Source of the DNA: Promethearchaeum syntrophicum | GTDB taxonomy: Archaea > Asgardarchaeota > Lokiarchaeia > Sigyniarchaeales > Promethearchaeaceae | Assembly: GCF_008000775.2 (NCBI RefSeq) | Contig: NZ_CP042905.2 | Span: forward strand, 960,001 to 992,000 | Reading direction: 5' to 3' | DNA: 32,000 bases | Program-made: the position numbers and the translations under genes | In this document: positions 16,959-26,652 of the stretch, piece by piece | Layout: the number at the start of each line of letters is the position of its first letter | Position numbering within the stretch: the stretch's first letter is position 1 | Notes under the pieces: model-generated | Database searches by the model: none | What the model saw: the letters and a program-made list of their open reading frames with translations, nothing else | What the model was told of the DNA's origin: nothing

Positions 16959-18269
16959 TTAGTCTTCTTTCAGAGGATCTATGATTTTCTTTTTATTAAG
17001 AGATTTTACAATGAATTGGAAGTGTTTGTTTAATTCATCCAATTGTTTTTTCAAATTTATATTGGTTTCTTCTATTTTAGAATATTTTTGTATTATTTCT
17101 TGATTTATATTTTCTAACATAGTTATTTTAGTCGCTTGTGAAGTTATTGTATCAGTAATTTTCTCCATTTTGACATTCGTTTCTTTAATATACTCATTTC
17201 TCCCCAATATTAAAATTTTAGATTCAATATTTTCTTTATACCAATTTACGAAGGATTCTTGATCATGTGAAATTTCTTGATAAGCACCAACTAAAACAGC
17301 TGAGTGCCCCATAGTTAATTTGAAAAGATCGCTCCCTTGAGCATCTAAATCTTTAGATCCATTTGATTCATACCACCTCCTTAATGATTTTGGAGTTATG
17401 TTTTTAAGATCTAAAAGATTGCATGTTTCTAATAATTGGTCGTAAAACAAATTTCTACTCATTTTTGAATAATTATCATTAAATCTTTTATCAACTACAA
17501 AAAGCCAAGATCTTTCGGTTAAATTCTCACCCTTTCTTTCTCGATCTTTTAAATAAGTGTGAATAGAATCACATGCTTCAGAACTAAAACAAGTTTGAAA
17601 ACGAGCTTGAGTTTTTTGTCGATTACCCTCTATATAGCACATATTTATTTTTTTGAAATAACCTCGATTGAAATCTTGAATTTTCAGATTGAATAAATCA
17701 GTATCATCCAATCCTGAACTAATTTTACATAATAATATCGTTTTATTTTTAATTGAACTAAATTGGTTATATATCTTCTTTAACCAGTCCTTTCGTTGTT
17801 CTGATGATATACGTTCATTATCATCTCCATTTCGCCATATTTTTTCATTTTTTCCCTTTTTATTCTGGATTGATTCTTTTTTGTTTATTATAACAGGAAC
17901 TTTATTCCTCTTATAAAATGAAGCAATTTTGGAAAAAGCATATTGCTTTGCTGAATTCCAACTCAGTGGTTTTTCAATTTTCTTATTATTGATATTATTC
18001 TTTTTACCGATTAGATAATAGAAGAAACCAAATAATTGTTTTTTAGCAATTTCAGCTTGATTTATTGGATCAATTAATAAATCTTGGTGATGTTCTTTTA
18101 TCAATTCTTCAGGAGTTTTATCTAGAAACTTACAATATTTTTCCAGATTTCCATATCTTGCACGTTTAGATTTTACTCCTTCAACCCATTTTTGAACGTA
18201 TCTATCCTTTGAATATTTAGAAAAATCTCTTTTTCCTTTAATAAATTTTTTTGAAGTTGTTTTTTTCAT
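16959..18269 (-). CDS. Tyrosine recombinase / integrase family protein, 436 aa
   Basis: ITPKSLRRWYESNG, LTMGHSAVLVGAYQEI (GHS...Y), CKISSGLDDTDLFNL at the usual box I position, and a C-terminal coiled coil. Confidence 0.85.
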   Translation of the reverse strand: MKKTTSKKFIKGKRDFSKYSKDRYVQKWVEGVKSKRARYGNLEKYCKFLDKTPEELIKEHHQDLLIDPINQAEIAKKQLFGFFYYLIGKKNNINNKKIEKPLSWNSAKQYAFSKIASFYKRNKVPVIINKKESIQNKKGKNEKIWRNGDDNERISSEQRKDWLKKIYNQFSSIKNKTILLCKISSGLDDTDLFNLKIQDFNRGYFKKINMCYIEGNRQKTQARFQTCFSSEACDSIHTYLKDRERKGENLTERSWLFVVDKRFNDNYSKMSRNLFYDQLLETCNLLDLKNITPKSLRRWYESNGSKDLDAQGSDLFKLTMGHSAVLVGAYQEISHDQESFVNWYKENIESKILILGRNEYIKETNVKMEKITDTITSQATKITMLENINQEIIQKYSKIEETNINLKKQLDELNKHFQFIVKSLNKKKIIDPLKED

Positions 18270-18396
18270 ATTTATATATATAATTTTAAATTTATAAATA
18301 ATTACTATATTTTAAGGTGTTTTCTTCATAAAAAAAAATATATATAATGTCAAAAAGATTTTTTGGATATGAAGATACAATTCTTAATAGAGTCGT

Positions 18397-18978
18397 ATGA
18401 GAAGAAAATTTCAAGGCAAACTCCTTTTTATATTACTGATCGTTGGAATGCTGATAAATAATTTCGACGATCCTATTATACTTGCAAACGCTGAAGATAA
18501 TATTTATGAGGATCAATATCAATTACAGCAGGGTGCTACCCGGTTTTATGTAGTTAATTTGTCTTTAAATGCAAATTTACAAATTAATTGTACTGCTTAT
18601 TACAAAGGAGTTTTTCACGTCTATATTTTTGATGAAAGACCCACAGATAATCATGTTTTAAACGATGGCTCAATAGACGCTTCGATAACGGATCAAGCAG
18701 TAGCTTATAATGAAACTCCTTCACAGATTTTCTCACCTAATATAAATAATACAGTAAATTCGGTTACTTTAAACTATACTGCTCCATCTTTTCAATTATA
18801 TTATTTAGAGATCATTGTGGTTGAAAATGGTCCAGATACATTTAAATTGGAAAGTAACTTTGCATTGCAAGCCTATTATATCCCTTTTATACCAGGTTAT
18901 AAGTTAGAGATCTTCGCTAGTTGCGCAGTTTTTATTGTATTTTTTATATACTTTAAAATTAAAAAATATAAAAGTTAA
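18397..18978 (+). CDS. Secreted/membrane-anchored protein with signal peptide, beta-rich domain, C-terminal TM helix and short basic tail
   Basis: N-terminal KLLFILLIVGMLI; C-terminal YKLEIFASCAVFIVFFIYFKIKKYKS. Confidence 0.75.
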   Translation: MRRKFQGKLLFILLIVGMLINNFDDPIILANAEDNIYEDQYQLQQGATRFYVVNLSLNANLQINCTAYYKGVFHVYIFDERPTDNHVLNDGSIDASITDQAVAYNETPSQIFSPNINNTVNSVTLNYTAPSFQLYYLEIIVVENGPDTFKLESNFALQAYYIPFIPGYKLEIFASCAVFIVFFIYFKIKKYKS

Positions 18979-18979
18979 A

Positions 18980-21745
18980 TCATTTCTTTGGTTTTTTCTT
19001 CTGTTTTTTGGTTGATTTCTTAACAGAACTTCTCTTTCTTGTAGTTTTCTTATTTAATTTTTCCTTTTCCACTTTTTTGAGAAATTTTCTTTTAGATTCT
19101 TGTTTCATTAAAATTTGTTCGCGAAAATTTTTTAATTTTAATTCCAAATCTTTCATTTGATCTCGAATAGATTCTATCTCACTATCAATTTTTTGAATCT
19201 CTGGATATACAATAATTTTTTTAGGTTTATAGGTCGCAACTTTTATTGATTGCGCAGTTTTACCTTCTAATTCAAGTTCAGGAGTTTCAATAAGATTATC
19301 CAAAATCACCCGGCTTTCTCGATCATATTCATACACAAGTTGTAATGTAAAATTCGTTTTAATCAATAATCGGGGTGGATCAAACCTAGAATTTAACGTA
19401 AAATTATGTCTATAATCCATTTTTGGCCTTAATTTCTCATTTGGTTTCGTCTTAATAACAGATTTCATAGTTTTATTTGGTCTATACAACTCAATTGAAT
19501 TTAAGTGAATTAAAAAATCAGAAATATTTTCAAAAAATACTTCACATTGATATTCATTAATTTTTTCTTTAGATCTTTGAAGATTTAATCCAATTTCATG
19601 TTTTGTCTCACAAATAAAATTTATCGGTTTAAGTGCTCCCGCTTTCTTATAAAAGTATTTTTTTGTAAAAGTATCTTGAGGTTTTAATCCTTTAATTAGT
19701 GAGTTTGGAATATTAATTATATCTGAAGTTTTTTCAAATTGAATTGAAATATTCCATATTCTATTTTTTTCACTTAAGTTTGTTAGTATTATCGCTCCTT
19801 CGCCATCTCTTTCAATAATTTTTAAAGAGACTGGTTTTGCAATATTTCTAAAACGAAATGACTTAGGAGTTGAGATATTGTTTAAAGGAATCGTGGTTTT
19901 TTTTCGAGCTATTGAAAATCCGTTAATACTATACTGTATTTCAGTTGAATCTTGTTTATTGAGTTTTTTAATATTCCATTCGATAATCTTTTCTAGATTA
20001 CTTGTTTCAATTGTTTTAAATTTAATGGTGGCATCTGATTCTATTATATTTTTTGGAATATGATCTGATATCGTGAAATCTTCAAACGGAACAATCCCTG
20101 CATTTGATACTTTCCAATTAATTCTTTGTGAGAGTAGTTCATCCCCTTCTAATATAGATTTTCTAATTTTTAGAACCTTACGTCTTTTTAGATCAGTTTT
20201 TCCTTTATCAGAATATAATTTGATTTCATTTTCTACACCTTGGATCTGCTTTTTAATAAAATCCAGTCTAGTGTTTAAAGCTAATAATTCTAATTCGGAT
20301 TTGAGGAGATTTTGCCTACCCTTTATCTGATCATCGCTAAGGTTTGATAATTCTCCAATCAAGCTTCCTGAACTTGTTAATGTAATTGCAGATACAGCAT
20401 CTTGAATAATATGAAACTTATCTTTAAAATTCTCAATAAAAGAATCAAATTCCCCAAAGGATTCATCGATTGCTTTAATATTTGAATTTTTAACCTGCTT
20501 TGATAATTTCTTTACAATTTTACTGATCTTTTCAATATAAATTTTGGATTTGCCATTAATTACTTTAATTCCTTTCTGCATATTGCTTAAATTTGTTGTT
20601 TTTTCGATCTTTTTTATAATACCTACCATCTTACCAAACGTATTCGCATAAGTTGTAAACTCGTTAATGATTATTATGATCTCTCTTTCGCTTGCATTTC
20701 TTATATCGGCTTTTATAAAATTAATTGTAGAATCAATACTATCCAGTGTTGCAAACATTTCATTATATGTATCTGTTGCTATATTCTGCTGTGATATTAC
20801 TTCATCGGTTAAAGCTTCAAACCAATCTCTAATGGTTTCTTTTTCTTGAACTGTAAATTCATATTTTTCGCTTAATTTTGCATATTCAACATCAGAATTA
20901 TTATATTTTGATTGGATTTCATCGAATCTTTGTTTTAAAAAATCTTTTCTGGAATTTAATTCATCCAAATTCTTTGACATTCCAAATTTCTCTAAATAAT
21001 TTAGTTCTTCCTTTCGGTTTTCTTGATGTATTTGAATATTCATTTTTTTTTTTTGAATTTCTTCAAGATTATCTAAAATTTGATTCGATTCACTATATAT
21101 CTCTTCAAGATCCAAATATTTCTTAATAGAATTTACCAATTTTAATTGTTGAAGTATGTTATTGAATGTATTGAAAATTTTTTGAACGCTTAGGAGAAAA
21201 TCATCAAAATCCTTTGAAGATTTTTGCAAAGCATCTGCATTTGCTTTCTGGATTAACTCGCTCATTGATTCAATTGAATCTTCAATATTTTCTGAAAGCA
21301 TTTCTAGTGTCATGGCAATACCAATAACTGTCTGAGATAACTGCTCTTGATTTTTAATTGATTTAGACTCTCCGAGTGGGGACATAATATCTTGGAGATC
21401 ATTTACATAACTTTGAAAATCAGAGATATTTTCTTCTATTGCAATTTCTGAGTTTTTAATCATTTTTTCTTGTAACTCAGTGACGTGTATATCAATTGAA
21501 TCAATTAAAGATTTTAACAAATCAATATTTTTATCGATTTTACCTTTAGATTGAGATTCAACCCGCGCCATTTTCTTAATATTTTTAGTAATCTCTTGAA
21601 TTTCTTTTGATTTTTCTTTTAAAAACTTTTTAAGTTTCAGTTCTTTTCTATTTTGCTCTTTTAATTGCTTTTCTAAATCACTTAGTTCTTCTTCCAATTT
21701 TTGTCGAGCATTTAATAGTAATTGCTGATCCCGATTCTTTTCCAA
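18980..21745 (-). CDS. Large coiled-coil protein, 921 aa, with a C-terminal beta-rich region and basic tail
   Basis: Extended Glu/Lys/Leu-rich heptad-like sequence, then a beta-rich segment (~residues 550-830) and KKTTRKRSSVKKSTKKQKKKPKK. Confidence 0.8.
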   Translation of the reverse strand: MEKNRDQQLLLNARQKLEEELSDLEKQLKEQNRKELKLKKFLKEKSKEIQEITKNIKKMARVESQSKGKIDKNIDLLKSLIDSIDIHVTELQEKMIKNSEIAIEENISDFQSYVNDLQDIMSPLGESKSIKNQEQLSQTVIGIAMTLEMLSENIEDSIESMSELIQKANADALQKSSKDFDDFLLSVQKIFNTFNNILQQLKLVNSIKKYLDLEEIYSESNQILDNLEEIQKKKMNIQIHQENRKEELNYLEKFGMSKNLDELNSRKDFLKQRFDEIQSKYNNSDVEYAKLSEKYEFTVQEKETIRDWFEALTDEVISQQNIATDTYNEMFATLDSIDSTINFIKADIRNASEREIIIIINEFTTYANTFGKMVGIIKKIEKTTNLSNMQKGIKVINGKSKIYIEKISKIVKKLSKQVKNSNIKAIDESFGEFDSFIENFKDKFHIIQDAVSAITLTSSGSLIGELSNLSDDQIKGRQNLLKSELELLALNTRLDFIKKQIQGVENEIKLYSDKGKTDLKRRKVLKIRKSILEGDELLSQRINWKVSNAGIVPFEDFTISDHIPKNIIESDATIKFKTIETSNLEKIIEWNIKKLNKQDSTEIQYSINGFSIARKKTTIPLNNISTPKSFRFRNIAKPVSLKIIERDGEGAIILTNLSEKNRIWNISIQFEKTSDIINIPNSLIKGLKPQDTFTKKYFYKKAGALKPINFICETKHEIGLNLQRSKEKINEYQCEVFFENISDFLIHLNSIELYRPNKTMKSVIKTKPNEKLRPKMDYRHNFTLNSRFDPPRLLIKTNFTLQLVYEYDRESRVILDNLIETPELELEGKTAQSIKVATYKPKKIIVYPEIQKIDSEIESIRDQMKDLELKLKNFREQILMKQESKRKFLKKVEKEKLNKKTTRKRSSVKKSTKKQKKKPKK

Positions 21746-21872
21746 CAGAAATTCATCCTAATTCTTTTAATATTGTTATGAGTTGTTTTCTTGTTTAAAA
21801 TCTTTACTTTACGATCTTATTTCGTAATTGTAATAATAAAGACTTATTACATATTTCATTTTAATTTCTTTT

Positions 21873-22793
21873 ATGCAGAGCTCAACATTCACTTTTAAGG
21901 ATAAAGATGATATAGAAATTTTTGTGTATAAATGGCAACCTGAAGGCGTTCCCAAAGCAGCTGTTCAAATTGCTCACGGAATGGCAGAACATGCTTTAAG
22001 ATATGAAAGAGTGGCAGAAGCGTTAACAAAATCGGGATATATTTGTTATGCGAATGATCACCGTGGTCACGGAAAAACTGCAGGAGATCTTGAAAAAACT
22101 GGTTCTCTTGGTCAAGGTGGTTGGGATAGTACCGTCGAAGATTTGAAAGAGTTAACAGATTATATTAAAAAGGAAAACCCTGATATCCCATTTTTCTTTT
22201 TAGGACACTCTTGGGGATCTTTAATGGGTCAAGACTATATTCAACAATGGGGAAAAGAGATAAAAGGCGTAATTCTTAGCGGAACTAATGGGTCCCAAAG
22301 TAAATTACTTCTCTTTTTGGGAATGTTAATTGCTAAGTCGCAATTAAAGAAAGGACCTGAAAAAAGAAATGAAAAGTTAGATGATATGACTTTTGGTGCA
22401 TTTAATAAACCGTACGAACCTGCTGAAACTAAATTTCAATGGTTATCCCGCGATCAAGATGAAGTAAATAAATACGTTGAAGATCCTTATTGTGGTTTTG
22501 TATGCACAACAAGTTACTTTGTAGAAGTTCTTAAAGGACTTAAAAAAATCTGGAAAAAAAAAAATGAAATAAAAATTCCTAAGGATCTACCAATTTTGAT
22601 CCTTGCTGGGGATAAAGATCCTTCAAGCAATATGGGAAAAGCTCTTGATATTTTAATCAAACGCTATGAAAAATATGGCATTAAGAACATCACTAAAAAG
22701 ATCTATAAAGATGCTCGACATGAAGTGTTTAATGAAATTAATCGAGATGAAGTAATTCAAGATCTTGTAAAATGGCTTGATGAGCATATCTAA
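21873..22793 (+). CDS. Alpha/beta hydrolase, monoacylglycerol lipase/lysophospholipase-like
   Basis: QIAHGMAEHALRYERVAEAL, YANDHRGHGKT, FFLGHSWGSLMGQDY nucleophile elbow, LILAGDKDPSS, KIYKDARHEVFNE. Confidence 0.9.
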   Translation: MQSSTFTFKDKDDIEIFVYKWQPEGVPKAAVQIAHGMAEHALRYERVAEALTKSGYICYANDHRGHGKTAGDLEKTGSLGQGGWDSTVEDLKELTDYIKKENPDIPFFFLGHSWGSLMGQDYIQQWGKEIKGVILSGTNGSQSKLLLFLGMLIAKSQLKKGPEKRNEKLDDMTFGAFNKPYEPAETKFQWLSRDQDEVNKYVEDPYCGFVCTTSYFVEVLKGLKKIWKKKNEIKIPKDLPILILAGDKDPSSNMGKALDILIKRYEKYGIKNITKKIYKDARHEVFNEINRDEVIQDLVKWLDEHI

Positions 22794-22823
22794 TATGTTC
22801 ATTTTTTAATTTTTAATTCTTTT

Positions 22824-24239
22824 TTACCATTCTCTTGAGTGAATCATATAGTATGCTTTCAATTCTCGATTTTTTTCAACTGCACCGCTTTCTAAAACGT
22901 TTGTGATATAACTTACAGGAGTCTTTATTTTAAGTCTCTTATAATGATATCTAATTATTTTATTCAATATTAAATTGAAAGCTTTTTCAGAATTCAAAAT
23001 TAAAAATCTAGCGATGATAGGATTACCGTTGGCATTCTCAATTTGAGTTTTTTTTAAATTTTCGGGTTTTAAATTCTCTTCTAATTGGTTTTTGGCTTTT
23101 TGCAGACGAGTTTCCTTTTTCTCTTTTGATAATTGGTCATTCTTTTTAATTTTCTCAATTTTTTGTTGAGTTTTAGCCTTTAATAGTAATTCTGTGGTCA
23201 TTTCTAAAGAATTTGCAATCATTTTCAGCTCATAACTTCTAAAATGGTATTGAAGTCGAACTACGAAATCGGTACGTGATCCTGTTTTAGCTTGTGATAC
23301 CATAAACCTACTTTTGTCAAATGGGAGTATTCTCGTAAACCAATTTGTAAATATGTATTCTGAATTATCCATTATATATTTTGCAATATTAGGTATTAAA
23401 TTTGACTTTTCTGACTGATTGATGTCATTTATCATTCTTTTAGAGATCTGATCAATATCTCGTTTAGCTAACCCCAAAATATATTTTTGAATGCTTTTTG
23501 TAAGTCTATCATTTAAAGTTTGGAATTGACAATCATCACCAACAAAATTAACAAAATATTTGAATTGAATCGGTTGTGAAGCTGCTTTTTCTATTTGAGA
23601 TTTATAAGTTTTAACTGTGTGAAGTAAATATTCTTTTTTATATTTGAAAAGAGGTTGATATTTCATTAAATATGATCCCTTTGAAAAAGTAAAATAAGAT
23701 ACTGTTGAATTTTTCTTTAACTCTTGATAAAATTGCTTTAATGTAGATTCGTTTAGAGAAGAGATATCAAAAACTGGATTCAGTAGATTTTTAAAATCAG
23801 ATAATTTATCTTTCGGTGGTATTTGTTTATATTTCCAAGTTGGAATTAAATTATCAATTAATTCTGGTTTTATTGCATGAATATTTTTAATTTCTAAATT
23901 AAATTTCTGTGAAACTGCCTCAATCCCTTTTGTAATTGCTTTTACACGGATATCGTTGATTATTCCATCGATTTCTCCCTCTTCAAGCAAAAAAAATGTT
24001 AGAGGTGTCATCATTTCATTTAATCTAATTAAATCTTGAACTCTTTTCCGACGAATTTTTGTGTATTGTTTTTTTTCTTTAAGGAATCTGATGTATTTTT
24101 CCATCTTGGTAATCATTTCACGGTGAACTTGTTCTTTATTATAACATCCTACGCAATATTTCTGTTTTATATGAACTGATTGATCAAGATTCTGTTCGAG
24201 GCCACAAGATTTGCATATAAAAAATTTTTTATTAGCCAT
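22824..24239 (-). CDS. Hypothetical protein, 471 aa, N-terminal zinc-ribbon-like motif and helical body
   Basis: FICKSCGLEQNLDQSVHIKQKYCVGCY at the N-terminus, then a long well-formed ORF. Confidence 0.75.
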   Translation of the reverse strand: MANKKFFICKSCGLEQNLDQSVHIKQKYCVGCYNKEQVHREMITKMEKYIRFLKEKKQYTKIRRKRVQDLIRLNEMMTPLTFFLLEEGEIDGIINDIRVKAITKGIEAVSQKFNLEIKNIHAIKPELIDNLIPTWKYKQIPPKDKLSDFKNLLNPVFDISSLNESTLKQFYQELKKNSTVSYFTFSKGSYLMKYQPLFKYKKEYLLHTVKTYKSQIEKAASQPIQFKYFVNFVGDDCQFQTLNDRLTKSIQKYILGLAKRDIDQISKRMINDINQSEKSNLIPNIAKYIMDNSEYIFTNWFTRILPFDKSRFMVSQAKTGSRTDFVVRLQYHFRSYELKMIANSLEMTTELLLKAKTQQKIEKIKKNDQLSKEKKETRLQKAKNQLEENLKPENLKKTQIENANGNPIIARFLILNSEKAFNLILNKIIRYHYKRLKIKTPVSYITNVLESGAVEKNRELKAYYMIHSREW

Positions 24240-24301
24240 GTTTTTTCCTCTATTATTTTAAACTACTGAAATTCATTTTATAATTATCGATGTTATACCA
24301 A

Positions 24302-25456
24302 TCATATATCATCACTAAATTTATTAATTGATTTTAACAATTTTTCAGAAATAGAATTAAAAGTTTCCTCTGTAGAATCAAGAATTAACATATCATATCT
24401 TTGCAATATAGTCTGAATTTGGTGAAAATTTTCTCCAATATCATCCTCCGGTAATTCATCAATTAGTAAATTTTTAGATTTCCTCAATTTACGGGTGAAT
24501 TCTATTTCTAATTCGTCTCTAAGGTCTGCTATTGTATCTTCCAGAGATTTATTAGGAGTTGGGGGAGTTATTACTGTTCTTGATTCTAAAAGTTTTTTTA
24601 TTTCGGCATAACGTTGTAATTTTTGAGCAGTACTATATTCTTCGCCCTGAATATCAAAATTCTGATCAACTCTATGAATTTTATTTCCACAGGGATATTG
24701 TGTAATTATCACCCCATATTTTTCTGAATTGGCATTAATTGTAATCCCATAAACATACTTTAAATTAAAATTTTTAATCTTTATGATATTAGACGTATCA
24801 TTTAAAAGAGTTTCATGATTAATTTCATCGGTTTTTGAGCTGTATACTTTAAAGTGTCCATGACTATGAGCCCAACCTAACAATATCTTATTATTTTCCT
24901 TAATATATTGTTGAACTTCTAATACCCCTTCTTCAGATACTTTTACACTCGTTTCAGATAAGGAATGAAAAGGAATATATATTTCAGTAATACGAGCGGG
25001 AGTTTTTGGCGTTAGTCTATTAAAATCTGTTAGAACATAACAATATACTTCTAATTTCTTTGAATCATGTCCAAATTTTTCAATGCTAATTTCATTAATC
25101 GCCTTTGCCATTAAGATTACATCTGAAAAAGCTTTTTCTGTCCAAGGAATAGCATCAATAGCGGGAGGACATTCAATTTCAAATCCCCTATTATCAGAAT
25201 TTTCTGTCAAAATTTTAAAAGATTTTGGATTTTCTCTTGAAGACTGAATTAACGGGTCTTTTTTTATTAAATCATCTAGCGATCGCTCCAGAGTGATGTC
25301 CTTTTGATCTCTATCTGGGAATTTTGAACTTTTTTCTTTGTTATCTTGATCGCTTATAATAGATTTTTCTTTCTCTTTAGAAATTTTATCATCCGAAAGT
25401 AAATCTTCCAGTGAATCGGAGACATATGTTTTTTTTTCTTTTTTTTCCTCTTCCAT
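24302..25456 (-). CDS. JAMM/MPN+ domain protein (putative metal-dependent isopeptidase/deubiquitinase-like), 384 aa
   Basis: GWAHSHGHFKVYSSKTD matches the HxH-x7-SxxD layout of JAMM motifs, with G in place of the usual P. Confidence 0.75.
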   Translation of the reverse strand: MEEEKKEKKTYVSDSLEDLLSDDKISKEKEKSIISDQDNKEKSSKFPDRDQKDITLERSLDDLIKKDPLIQSSRENPKSFKILTENSDNRGFEIECPPAIDAIPWTEKAFSDVILMAKAINEISIEKFGHDSKKLEVYCYVLTDFNRLTPKTPARITEIYIPFHSLSETSVKVSEEGVLEVQQYIKENNKILLGWAHSHGHFKVYSSKTDEINHETLLNDTSNIIKIKNFNLKYVYGITINANSEKYGVIITQYPCGNKIHRVDQNFDIQGEEYSTAQKLQRYAEIKKLLESRTVITPPTPNKSLEDTIADLRDELEIEFTRKLRKSKNLLIDELPEDDIGENFHQIQTILQRYDMLILDSTEETFNSISEKLLKSINKFSDDI

Positions 25457-25589
25457 TCGTTTATCAATTTCCTTAAAAGAAACTAAATATAAAAAAAGAA
25501 ACTAAATATAAAAAAGTCTTAAAATAGGTATAATAATTAAAAAATAGATATAAAAATTAGAAAATATCTTTCCTCTTGGAGATTAAAAA

Positions 25590-26561
25590 ATGGCAGAAAA
25601 CGATTCAAATAAGTCAGAAAGCGATAATCTTTTAAAAAAATTGGATGATGAAGATATTCTCGAGAAAAAGAAAGCCATCTTTAAAATTGGCGAGAAAAAA
25701 ATCGTTAAAGCTGTCCCTACCTTAATCTCTCTATTAAAAAATGATGAAGATTCCGTTGTCAGAAATTCCGCTGCACGAGCTATTGGGAAAATTGGAGATC
25801 GCGAACATTTAGATCAAATTGTTGAAGCACTAATCGAAGCTCTAGGTGATGCAGATTATTACGTAAGAGTAAATGCATGCTGGGGTTTAGGAAAGATTAA
25901 AGATAGTCGTGCTATTCCGCATTTAATAGAAATGGTAGATCCTGATCAACGAGTATATACTATGGGAGACGAAATTCTCGAATCAACAACCGAAGAACAA
26001 GCATCCACTAAGTTAAAAGAAGAGGGAATGAAATTTTCAGATGTAATTGTGGAAGCGATCAAATCTCTTGGCAAAATTAAAGACCCAAAAGCCCTCCCCG
26101 CGCTAATAGAAGCGCTCAAAGACGAATCAGATGGTACTGTTCGATGTGCTGCAGCATTAGCTATGGGTCAAATTAAAGATGAAGCTGCTGTACCTTATTT
26201 GATTAGTGCCCTTGATGATAAATATTGGTATGTGAGAAGAGATGCAGCAAAAGCTCTATCCAAATTGAAAGCAAAATCAGTAAAAGCTGCACCGATGCTT
26301 GCACGAAAAATGACCGACATGTATGATGAAGTCAGGGAATTCGCGCTTAAAGCATTACTCGCAATTGGCAAGCCGGCAGGAACAGAGATATTCAAACTTT
26401 TCTTGAATAATCCTCAAGATACCAAACTCCAAAAATTCATCTCGAGTAATTTAACCAAACAAGATATGGGAAGTATTTTAAAGGATTTAATTGAAACTGA
26501 AAGGAATCCAACTAAAAAGCAAATATATGAAGAATATTTAGTAAAAATAGCGAATAATTAA
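25590..26561 (+). CDS. HEAT-repeat / PBS-lyase-like repeat protein
   Basis: Repeated units such as DSVVRNSAARAIGKIGD, ADYYVRVNACWGLGKIKDSRAIPHLIEMV, DGTVRCAAALAMGQIKDEAAVPYLI. Confidence 0.9.
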   Translation: MAENDSNKSESDNLLKKLDDEDILEKKKAIFKIGEKKIVKAVPTLISLLKNDEDSVVRNSAARAIGKIGDREHLDQIVEALIEALGDADYYVRVNACWGLGKIKDSRAIPHLIEMVDPDQRVYTMGDEILESTTEEQASTKLKEEGMKFSDVIVEAIKSLGKIKDPKALPALIEALKDESDGTVRCAAALAMGQIKDEAAVPYLISALDDKYWYVRRDAAKALSKLKAKSVKAAPMLARKMTDMYDEVREFALKALLAIGKPAGTEIFKLFLNNPQDTKLQKFISSNLTKQDMGSILKDLIETERNPTKKQIYEEYLVKIANN

Positions 26562-26652
26562 TTAAAAATCGTATTTTTTTATTACTGAATTATTTCACAT
26601 TTAATGAATTCAAAAACCTTAGTATTAACAATTATTTTATAAAGACATTAAG

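Larger units (their letters stand above)
4230..18350. mobile_element. Putative integrated mobile/genomic island element (boundaries approximate)
   Basis: Block of small hypothetical, restriction, helicase-like and nuclease-like genes between conserved chromosomal genes; tyrosine recombinase at its right side; mirrored 9-mer arrays near 4.26 kb and 16.9 kb. Exact att sites were not identified. Confidence 0.6.

Noticed and set aside
4060-18345. aaaacacctt (near 4070) versus aaggtgtttt (near 18330) as terminal inverted repeats
   Set aside because: Only a 10-bp match in AT-rich sequence, with the flanks diverging at once; too weak to call element ends.
19878-21126. ORFs 19878..20063, 20073..20330, 20667..20849 and 20878..21126 (+)
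   Set aside because: Antisense to the coiled-coil gene; the apparent hydrophobicity is a by-product of complementary Lys/Glu codons.
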